A stretch of DNA of 64,000 nt, taken from contig NC_135256.1 of NCBI RefSeq assembly GCF_964204865.1, positions 11,346,001-11,410,000 on the forward strand. Direction: 5' to 3'. This DNA is from Styela clava (Eukaryota). Below the pieces are notes generated by a model. It searched no databases. It was given only the letters and a program-made list of their open reading frames with translations, and was not told the origin of the DNA. The position numbers were made by a program, and so were the translations under genes. Within the stretch, counting starts at the first letter, position 1. The number at the start of each line of letters is the position of its first letter. Positions 36,701-47,500 of this stretch are shown one piece after another.

Positions 36701-36844
36701 TGATGGAATTATCTTGATATTACTGGTATATATGTTTGTTCACTTACGGTACACAATATATCTTTATTTATATTGCATTTATTTATTATTTACATATTGA
36801 ATAATCCACATTGTGGATCCATTTAAAAAAAAAAAAAAAAAAAA
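33750..36844 (+). mobile_element. 5'-truncated non-LTR retrotransposon (L1/Tx1 clade)
   Basis: TSD GAAAGG at 33744-33749 and 36845-36850; A20 tail 36825-36844; the element begins inside the APE endonuclease (in-frame DRIY...HSDH just upstream of the ATG). Confidence 0.93.
33827..36583 (+). CDS. LINE ORF2 remainder: reverse transcriptase plus C-terminal Cys/His zinc-binding domain, 918 aa
   Basis: KTPGPDG, NYRPIALLNTDYKILTKIL, SLDFNKAFDSV, GIRQGDPLS, YADD, CVLC...HLFWNC; no stops or frameshifts. Confidence 0.95.
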   Translation: MYSIDAQVTNSTEEKGNGFWKNNVSVYNSKPFIEDLQNKWKNWCTLKILFETKQHWWCEIKNKIKDLIIKHSVKLARQARDEYDKEMKQLDDLKVKLDRGEKVLTQFNKLKKEIIKKQRQRNGKIRILNLAHHYDTYEKCNKSFFKNLKKKQKECYIHKLKDKEGFIQENLTEKMYLVKQYYQNLFKKQNNDMEIQKYFIEAIPASRKIQEEDAETMQRQIVINEVQETITSFKEGKTPGPDGISIEFYKKCWTVIKNDFFEVLEEIYEEGLIAKDFKIGYTTLIHKKGELDQVKNYRPIALLNTDYKILTKILTNRLKCILPNMLDTHQTAIPGRRISDALILLRDICIQEQNKTGESSIISLDFNKAFDSVDLDYLFNVLRKIGFKNKFMSVIRTLYINSETRVLLNGYLSEAVKLERGIRQGDPLSLYMFTLAIEPLLIRINTCNSINGILIPQNKEIKHISYADDITLTIRNKTSIYSALDLINKFQLATGMRLNMEKTKLLKVGTWNNPSLFSKLSIVQTLNILGIIFSNSDTSDENWHFCLNNARTVIDELMDIPLSLDGKCLLIKLKILPLFLYCAKVFPIPLHIGKQINKDVEFFIFNGRSVLKIETLCKCKSLAGYDMINIPIFTMSMYVMTAFEYYCKRTNIAIDQCRQSVFNFVEYNIGQQLSLFFKLPTNNSVSHVFFPQKYYGTIISFLRQYNITETDLIQGKHRHLYNKIVNNSKGGDRIVFLRDGNLIGACSNIHSKILANNVRTFNYKLMWDILSIKVKPRIKHISGDDICVLCKQDSEFVSHLFWNCVFTQNVYDYIFSVALKMSNCVIKNNYKTCILLDLNDQCYINLSIIQRNAIILLFCTARYKIWLERNAVIFQNHNPSINNVIMKIRNSLLMRRNIEKVRKEFCYIKELAMICNNL

Positions 36845-38199
36845 GAAAGGCTTTAATATTTCAAATACTAGTTTTTTCTCTTTGTTTTGGTGAATATTTT
36901 TTTATTTCTGTCTTTGTTCTGAATTATCGAAGACATTACAGCAGAATTCGAATTTTAATATTCCAGAATTGTCTTATTGTGGATTTGTGGGAATATTTCC
37001 AAAGCCATGTTTCACGTCAATATACAGGACATGTACCGGTATATGCAGATATGGGGCGCATTCTCGCTAAGCGTTAAGAATATGCTTGCCATTGACCTGT
37101 AATTACTGAATTACCCAAAAATTATATATCTGATAAATTATGTCAGTATGTGGTACTGGGAAGACCAGCGTTCTTAGTTTTGTATTTTTATCTGAATGTT
37201 TTTGTTAGTAAACTTAGCGATCATTATCATTTTAAATCTAACTTTAGGCTCTTCTGATTATTCTGATCCTCTTCATTCCATTGCTGTTATTTTTCTGTCT
37301 GCGTAATTGTATTTTTATGTAAAGACAGAAAGATAGACTAATCAGAATTACTTACCAATCTTCCAACTGTTACATTTCCTGCGGAGAGTTTCGCATTTTA
37401 ATGATCACACAAATTATTAAATTATGGTGATACAAACTTCAGTAGAAGCTTTTGTCACACCGAAGATGTTTCTATTTCAACATGTTTTGTTTTATGAAGA
37501 TTTATTATATTATGTCTAAAACAACTGATTCATAGCTTTAACGATGGTATTGCACAACAAATTTGAAATCTTATTCCAAACAAGCTGATTGGTTATACTA
37601 TTTGAAGTTTAAAATATGTATTACTGTATTATAAATGTTTATGACTTTTATGTCACTCTAAAGGAGTTTTATGAAAGCTGAACTTGTGGCTGAAGTCGAT
37701 AATGACATAATTGCCAACTTATAATGGGTGATTCTCAGATATATCGTTATACAGCAGTCATATCCTGAAATAAATTTTGCGCCAGCCAGTTCATTTGATG
37801 GAATTTTTATTTGAAAGATGTGGATTTTTTTGGAAAAATATGTTTACTTTGCGTTACTTTGCTAGACTCTAAAATAGAATAGAATTCAAATGTTTCAAAA
37901 TGATTAGGAGTCTCCTATTTTTTCATTTTAATAATATTAAAACGTATTGATCATCATCATTAAAAATGATAAACAGGGGGGGCCGAAACCTAATATCTCC
38001 TATTCTGAATACGTTCCTGTAATAATTCAGCAATCAATGAATTTTTAATCAAATGTAATTTTGGAAATGCAAGGGTTAAGATATCATACTTGGTTCTTTG
38101 TATTTACAGCTTTCAGAAATGAAATGAAGGCATTTGTGATTATACTGTCAGATTTTGAATTGCTTAAAATTATTTTTTAATTGAAACTATTCAAAATTA

Positions 38200-38324
38200 G
38201 GTACTCCTGTAGTGTGTTAGCCAAGTGAATATACCCCCTGCCCATAGGCTTCCGTCCCTTCACACAACTTGATGTAAAGTAGGCGAACAAAATTAGTTAC
38301 CTTCATACACACTTCTGGAGCGCC
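38200..38324. mobile_element. Short MITE with family-A-like termini
   Basis: GGTACTCCTGTAGTGTGT...ACACACTTCTGGAGCGCC; near-TSD CAAAATTA/CAAAAACA; interior unrelated to family A. Confidence 0.6.
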
Positions 38325-38574
38325 CAAAAACATCCTGGAATCAATAATCTAAATAACGAATATAATCAGTTTTACATTTTCCTTTTTCATTAGTTTAATC
38401 ATCAAACTAGTGGTTTTGTGAAATAACTTGACAGTCTTATATATTTCTGATGTTTCCCCTTACTATTTTATCAACTGTTGTTTTTGCAGCCTATATATAA
38501 ATATTATAATAAGGATTTTATCTTAATAATTTCATTTGCTCCAAACACATTTGCTCCAGTATAAAAAAATAAAA

Positions 38575-41500
38575 ATGAATGATGAAGAAAGAGGCGGCAA
38601 TCGTTTTAAAAGTTGGAAGCACAAGGGCAGAGATCAGGAGGTATAAATGCTTCTTACAACTTTATATTATAATGAATGTTTCACCTTATTAAATTAATCT
38701 ACTAAGCAGAATAGCCATTGTAACACATCCGTCACTTCTCATTTATGAAGTCAATGGTTTTGTCCTACAAGAAGTTTTAATTTAATTGTCGTAATCAGCA
38801 AAACCCGCGAAATGCAATTGTATTTTCTTCCTTTTATTGACTAGAAAGTTTTAATAGTTTAATATTTAGTTTCATTTTTTCATCTAAACATATGTACCAT
38901 GGATATCACAAAGCAATATTGTCTTCTGTTCATTATATCTATCTATATTAAATAAATAATTTTACTGTTTCAATGAGCTTATGGTTTTAAACTACAACAT
39001 GGTGATCTGAATTAATGTTAACATGACAATGTTTTTGCAACCCTAGCATTCTAATTAATAAAAAACATATTTGCAGTCGATGCGGCGTCAGCGTAATGAA
39101 ATGTCAGTCGAGCTACGAAAGCAAAAAAGGGATGACAGATTATTAAAACGCAGAAATGTACCAATTATTGATGAATTTGATGAATCTGATTCTGATCCAA
39201 GACCGGTATGACTAAGAATGATATTTTTATTCCAATGTGTTTATATATTTATTTTTTTTATTTGGAGAATGATTTTTAGTGTTGAAATGATTTTTTTCTA
39301 TTTTCACTGTTATTCTTGTGAAGAGTAATAGGCACTGTGGTAAATATTTGCAGTCACTATATGCCAAAAAAACTTTTAAGTTTGTCAAAACATATTTTTC
39401 TTTTGAAACTGTTCATAATATGAAGTGAATACAGGATGTGACAAACTGGCAATATATTCTCATGTCTTAACTAGCGATATTGAGTTTTCAGAAAAAAACT
39501 TTAGAGACAATTATTTTCGTATCATATTCGACCCCCATCCCCACAGTAGAATCAAATACTCACAAAATAAACATAAAGCACTACCTAAAATTGGAACTGA
39601 AACAGGTTCAGCTTTCAAACCCTCACCAAAAGATTGCCCCTGGTTCACAATAACAAAAGAATAAAAAAGTAGATTTCAGAAAAAGTGACATAGTAGGGTT
39701 GCCACATCTGGATACATTTCTTTGGAATCTGATCTTCCCGAATCTGTATTTTTTTATTTTATTTTTTATTGAATATGTAGATTTGTCCAAAGTCACAACA
39801 AAACAAGCCCAAATATTGGAGAAAAATCTAACAATGGAATATTGATACACAAACATGCTATAAGCTACTTTGATTAGACTGTAATGACATATAGGTTGTT
39901 TTTTTTACATAATGCGTAACATAATTATGAATATTACTCATTACCATCTTATGCAAAACTATAAAATTTATTCAAAGTAGCAAAATTATTGTTCATGACA
40001 TTCCTGGTTTTAATGTCGATTATCATCATATATGGAGAATTGTTAAATATAAGGAGAATTTCCTATTTCCCCAGAGGGTATATTAATGTATATAAAATAA
40101 ATCATCAATGAATAGAATGACTGCTGATGTGATATATTAGAAGTTAATGTACCACGTACATGTATACTTTTACAAAATGTTGTCAAAATATTTCAAAATT
40201 GTATGAAGGAATTAGTCTATAATGGAGGACTTTGATGAATTTGAATAAATAACATTAGATTTGTATTGTTATTTTGAAGGTGAATACAGTTAAGAATCTC
40301 AATCTTGAATATTAATATTCAAAAAGCTATGATAACATAAAATTTGTTTTTGGCAAAACACCAAATTCGTCCATGATTCGAACTTGTTGATATCCATGAA
40401 TCGTACTTGTTGATATTTTCATATCATTCCTTTAGTTGATTGAATCATTACATTACACACCTGTATAAAATTTACCCTAATAAAATATTGATAAAATACT
40501 CACAACAAATGTACATGCAAAATTTATATATGATGGAATCATTTTATTGAACGTCTTCTACTTTGGCATATTAATGGTAGAATTCAGTTTATTTTTCTTG
40601 CCACGAGACTAATATACATTTTTTAAACTCCATCATATTTGGTTTTTCACAGTCAACTTCAAAATTGGAGGAAATTGTTGCCAATGCTACTAGTGATGAT
40701 ATTGGTACTCAGTTAACTGCGGTTCAGCAAGCCAGGAAATTACTATCTAGTGATCGGAATCCACCAATTGATGACTTGATAAAATCAGGTAAATTTTCTA
40801 ACACTGCGATGTATTGCATGTAAATCATGCCACCATGATGCGGATTGAGGTTTGGAAATTAAGGACATAGGAGTAGAAAGACGCAAAAATCAGTTTTCAA
40901 ACTTTTTTCATCCCCGCCCACTTGATATGTCCAAATTTTTTCTCGACCCGCAGTAACTGAAATGATAACAGTGATAATGAAATTGACAATAACTTCAATG
41001 AGACCAATGAGATCAAATCTTAGCTGTATTTCAGTGATGATGGGTCTCTGTACTGGTTCCAAATCTTTCAAATTTGATCGATATTTTGTTTCAACAATCA
41101 GTCAGTGTTGAAAAAAGATTTTACTGTAACCTCGGTTTAGGCTTTCGCGACCCGACCCACTGGGATTGGGACCCCTAATCTGAAGCCCTGGTATAGATAA
41201 CTCCTGATAGATTTCCACTTATATTACCGGTAAGCTTTGTAATATATTATGGAGCAACACAGATCTTAAATTATAGGTTAATTCAATTCAAACAATTTCA
41301 AAACAAATGATGTTTGAGTAAATAATTATATACTACCGCCATTTCGACAGGTCTATGCCATCTTGTGTCATGCTCCTAGGAAGAATTTTTTTTATATGAA
41401 AAGAGGAATTTGATGACATGTATCATTCAGCTAACTTATATCAAGCTGCTATTAATTAGTATGTGTAAAGATCGATATATAGTTGTAATTTCACATAAAT

Positions 41501-44500
41501 AGATCTGTCAATGGAAATGATAAATTGTATTTCAATTTAATGGAAAACATGCTTGTAATTGACCTAACTATGATTACATTTATCTGCTATTTTGCAAAAC
41601 ATAATATAATTATCACTCGTCATGGAAAACCAAGGCATGAACTTATTATACCTTTAATATTATTTTGCACTAAAACAAAATTTATATGCAGACTGGCTGA
41701 ATAGAATAAATTCTTTAATGTAGTTGAATACCCTACATTGGTGTCACTTGATACTATTTTGTCTAAGGTCAAAATTACAATTTTGTGTTAAACAATATGC
41801 AAACAAAACTTAGATTGTTAAAAGGAATAAAATGTTTTGGGTGAATTTGTTAGTAGGCACAAACCAGCGAATTGAGTAAGTGCATATAAGTGGGCGAAAG
41901 AAATGATTGCATTCTGGCATTGTAATGACTTAACAAATTTTTGAAACATATCTTTTGATGTGATCAAACTAAATAGTATTAAAAAGTACAAACAGACAGG
42001 TAAACATTTTATGAATGAAACATTGTGAACTTGATTTTGATAAACTGCTCCTTTTTGTAAATATTTGTCCTCGTTTAACTTGTAGGTATATTACCAATAC
42101 TCGTGGGATGTCTGAAAAAAGCTGATAATCCGTCATTGCAATTTGAAGCTGCGTGGGCTCTAACTAACATTGCGTCAGGAACGTCAACACAAACACAGGC
42201 AGTCGTTGATGCAGGTAATTTTTACACACTCGTGTCAATTTGTATTACCTACCAGTAAGTCGACTTATCAACACAACATGGAGCTATGTGTGCTGTTTGT
42301 TTTACTTAGCTTATTAGTGGAACTTTTCTCATGCCTTATATTATTTTAACAGGATTTGATTCCTTCCTATACTCATTTGAAATTTGTGTGACATAATATT
42401 GTTATCATCTATTATGACTCTCGTGAATAGTTTATATATATATATGCTGGATCCTGTGCTTACAAAATATAATCCCTCACATATATCGAGGGATAACGAG
42501 TCTTTGTACTGATTAACTTTTTATTCTAATCAAGTCTATATTTTGAAATACATTAAGCAACATTTTGCTGAGTATTGATAAATCATTCAAGTGTTTGCTT
42601 TTTGTGTTTACTGCCAAATTAAGGAGGATGCATTTTCCTTGAATTCACAAAAACTCATCTTTCTGTACTTTAGGTGCTGTGCCTCTCTTTCTTCAACTGC
42701 TCAGATCAGACCATCAAAATGTTTGTGAACAAGCTGTTTGGGCTCTCGGGAACATAATAGGTGAGATTAAATCATTTGCTTTTCATATTTTCTTTCTTAT
42801 TAAGTATGGTTATCCTTGTACTTGATTTTAATGAATTCTAAGTTAAGTACTTGGAGTCATGGATGTGTTTAACGTGTTTTTGTTGAATTAGGAAATATTA
42901 GAATGGTATTTTTATCATTGATAATTGATATATATGTCATAAAATATTGCTGGAATAATACTAATAAAATTCAAATATCTTTACAATTTAAAATGTTTAC
43001 TTTGAGTGGCATTATTTCACACTTTCGAACCAGGTTTGTCAAAAACACATCTTTATTTTAATCGCTTCAAAATTACTTTTTTATTCAGGATTTCAGGAAT
43101 AGTTTACAATATATCCGCCTGAAAAATTATCATTTCGGGCAATTGCAGAGTACAACCATGCGAGCCTTTTTTTAAGTTCTGAAACCTTCCAACAATAGGA
43201 AACAAACTTCCCTGCATTTCCAAATTAGAATAAATTCAATATTCATTATTTAAAATTATAATTTTGAAATGTATTCAGCTGATTGGAATATTCTGATTTG
43301 ACCCATTCAAATTTTGACAAATCCTGCTTCAGCCTCATTAATTCATTTCTCTTCAATGCTTACAATCGTTTTTCTATCAAACTTACAGGTGACGGACCTA
43401 AATTACGAGATGAAGTCATAGATCTTGGTGTTGTTGCACCTTTGTTGGAATTCATCAATCCAGAGATACCGATCAGTTTCCTGAGGTAAAAATGAATGCA
43501 ATACTAATTAATCTACCATTCATTATATTATTTCAATAAATCAATTATAATATCAAATGATTAGACTATCCAATTAGGGAGGTTTTATTGAAGCCAATTC
43601 ACTAAACTTCTCCATTTTTTCTATGTTGAGATTGTAGTAATTGGCTTCTATCACAGTTGAATTATTTTATAAAAACTTACCGTATATCCTTGCATATAAG
43701 CTGAGTTTAAAACTCAAAAAAAAGTTGCCAAACTAAGGGACGACTTATACGCAATAACTCTGATCGCACCAAAAATTCAGCTTATACGCGCATAACTATG
43801 ATCGTACTAACCTCTTCTGCAACCATTTGCTGTAATGGGTACATGGGGGCTTGTTACGGTTTGTAAGGTATTGCCATGCGTATTTTTAATAGTTCACCAT
43901 TTTAGGACCATTTTTAGGAGACCTATATGCGAGGATATATGGTAATTCAATACTATAGGCACCTTATCTATTTGTTTTATGTCTAATATTGTATTAGATT
44001 GAATTATTCAGTGAAAACAGATTATTTATGTTAGTATAATCTTTAGAAATGTTGCAAAATTCACTTTGTGAGTTTTCATACTGGTTAAATAAAATTTTAT
44101 TAGTGTCCCTAGTTGAAAGCAGTCAACATTTACTATCTTACCTTAATTATTAAGGAATTGCAAATGTATAAAAATCTGATAGCACATTAGGGAGAGTATA
44201 ATCAATATCTATTATATGGAAATCATTTCTCTCGTCCTGTTTGGTTAAATAATAAAGATTACTGCCAAAAACCTGTCTTATGTAGTTAAAAACAATCTAA
44301 AACGGGACATAAATAATAGAAAATACATGTACTGTTAATGGAATGGAAAGGAACTTGATAATATTGATTATCATTCACTTGTTTAACCCTGTCACGTACA
44401 ATCACAAATAATTGTTTATTGATCAAGCGCCATAGATGAATGGACATGTTCGTATGTACACTCATCCATGGCCATGTCTGGTAATATATAAATAATCACT

Positions 44501-47500
44501 GAACAATTTTCTATCAATTGTTTCACTTTTGTCTGTATGATAATGAGGTCCTATGTTTGGTAATAAGCTTCAAAAATTGTATTATGAAACATAAATGATC
44601 TACTATTACTTTTGATGTTTATGTAATAGAAAATTATTTGGCTTTCTGGTACTATATCATGGTTTATATTGTATTTAATTCCTGCTAAGGCTGGGTATGA
44701 TTACCGACGTTTTTGGCATGTATTGGTTTATATAATATTACATGTCAGACACAGCTGTTTTATGTCATTGATTTATTCAATGATAGATCAATATTGAATT
44801 GCTTTTATTCTTTCGCTTTTAATTTTCACTGTATCTATTTATCACAATAGAAATGTTACCTGGGTTATTGTCAACCTCTGTCGAAATAAAGATCCTCCTC
44901 CTCCCATGGCTACCATCGAAGCACTTTTACCTGCTCTTTGTGAGCTGATACATCACCCAGACAATAATGTAAGCAATATCATTAAATTTTTTATATATGT
45001 AATAAATTTTACCATTTGGTGAAACTTTTATTTACGATTGGACGTCGTGATTTTAGTATAAGTCACGCCAGAGCATATATCATATGGGACACATTTAGTT
45101 AAATTCAAGTAAATTTAGAAAAATGTGATATAGCAGGTAGGGGATGGGCCGGGATTCGGATCTGGACTCGGATTCGAGTCGAACCCAGGCATTTTTTGGA
45201 CTCTGATTCAAAAGAAGGACAAAAAAGAAGGAAAATATATTCTTAAATTGATTCAACAGCTATCTGCGGAACCATTAAGCAAAAAATATGAGCTACGACG
45301 TATGTTTGTGAGCGCACGATGCTGTAGTATTGTCAAAAACAGGTTTTCCAAATTTACATTGTGACGTCACGGACTCGGAGGATTCGATCGAATCTCTGTA
45401 ATGCCGGACTCGTCCCATCCCTAATAGCAGGTCCTTGGCCGAATGAATGGTTCACTAATCGAGGCAAACATTTTTCAGTGGTAAAAGTGTCTAGAAAGCT
45501 TTTATTTGTTTTTTTGTGTGCGATGACGTCATCAAAATAAAAAATTGTGCACCCTCTGACAGTCCCGCTTTCGCAATCTGGTAGTAAGGCGAAGTCGTGG
45601 AGGCTACACATCTGTACAACTTCATTTTCGCTTTCATGTCCATATATTTGATCATCGGTCTCTTTTCAAAAATAAATTGTAAAGTTTGGTTAGTTCAAAT
45701 TACCAGTTTTGCTGTTTTAAATTATTAGCGTTTGCTAAACAGGAAATATATTACTAGATGATGACAATTTTTATCTGCTGAATCAAGTTTGATTCGTAAC
45801 ATGCTGATTACCTTACGTGTTTGGGCTACAACTACAACATCTAATTTCACTTTTCATAAGTTTTGTTGCACATGCATAACTTAAGTGATTGCCATTGAGT
45901 CTTTTTTTTACTTGCTCCAGATTCTTGTGGATACGGTGTGGGCCCTTTCTTACCTAACGGATGGAGGAAATGAACAGATACAGATGGTGATTGATTCTGC
46001 AGTTGTTCCATTCCTCGTTCCTCTGCTCAGCCACCAGGAAGTTAAAGTACAGGTAGGAATTGATTCGTATCATAATATTGCTTGATCAATATCATGAGCA
46101 TTATGACTTCATCAGAGAATTGCCTCATTGTGGCAATCTTCAATTTATTTATATATATCTTCATGGTAATTTTTTGTCAGTTTTTCTTGTCATGATGAGA
46201 TTTATGTGCAGCCCATAGAAGACTCAGCTCCATCTATTAATGTAAGTTTGTCTTTGGCTCCAACAAAACTCAATGGATCCAGGCTCCAGCGCTCCAATTC
46301 TGCTGCTATTATCAATTTAGATGTAGAATATCCCGATGCTAAAAATTTATTGGGTACTTTTTGTAGTGTTAGATTTCTTTTATCAAGCGCTTTTTGTAAG
46401 ACATACATGTTGTTTTCTGATCAAGTGTTGGTGTGGGAAAACAAGCACTTTGATATTGAATGCTATTTGTATTAGTATGATATATTGTTACTTGTATTTT
46501 CGATCGCTGCTTTTTGTTACAGACTGCTGCACTTAGAGCTGTTGGAAACATTGTCACTGGTACTGATGACCAAACTCAGGTTGTCTTAAATTGTGGTGTT
46601 CTTGAACATTTCCCAGCATTGCTATCTCATCATAAGGAAAAAATCAACAAGGTAGAAATTAGCATATACTTATTGTGTATTGGAGATATAATATATCCAG
46701 ATGTATTTGGCACATGATTGAATTATATCTTTTGTCGATATCAGACTCATTAGAATAGCATGCTAATCCTTAATAAATCTTTCCTTCTTAGTATTTATGC
46801 CCTAAAAGAATAATCTTATTTCAATTGGACTAACGACCCAATACTTGGTTTTTGTATCTCAAGTTTGAATATGTTGCCCTCAGGGATGGTAAAAATGAAA
46901 AGACTTACCGGTACTATTCTGCACATATTCTGAAATAATATTATGAAAAAATATAGAATATCAGCAGAGAAATTGGCAGAAATCATTGTTAATTCATAAA
47001 AATTGAATTTGGTAATGTAATAGGTACATCCTGTCTCAGCTTCATATACAAACATGCCTAATATAATTCCTTTTTTTTCTCAATTTCTCTTCTTTACAAC
47101 TCTTATTTTAAGCGAAGTTATTCCTATATGGCTCTCGATCTTGAATTTTTAAAATGCCAATATTTAGATTTATCAATAAATAATTTACCATATGTCAGAA
47201 TTTCAAATGTATTCGAATACTTAATTCACGTTGGACATTACTGAATGTCCTGCTATGTTGGCATTGGTTCAAGATCATGACTATTAATCAATTATCTGTG
47301 GCTGGTTTTAATAAATTGATTAGAGCTATGCTAGAGAAGGATTTTGGGACTCCTTGCAGGAATTAGTTTCATACCATCTACCATGCAACATGTCTAGTAA
47401 AGCCATGCTCAGAGATATGGAAAATTATATTAAGTCAATTCCGATATTCTTTTTCTTCTAGGAAGCGGTCTGGTTCTTATCTAACATCACAGCTGGTAAT

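Noticed and set aside
45759-45808. Possible C/D-box snoRNAs (TGATGA...CTGA) here and at ~55600-55655
   Set aside because: Too short, no terminal stem and no recognisable rRNA guide.
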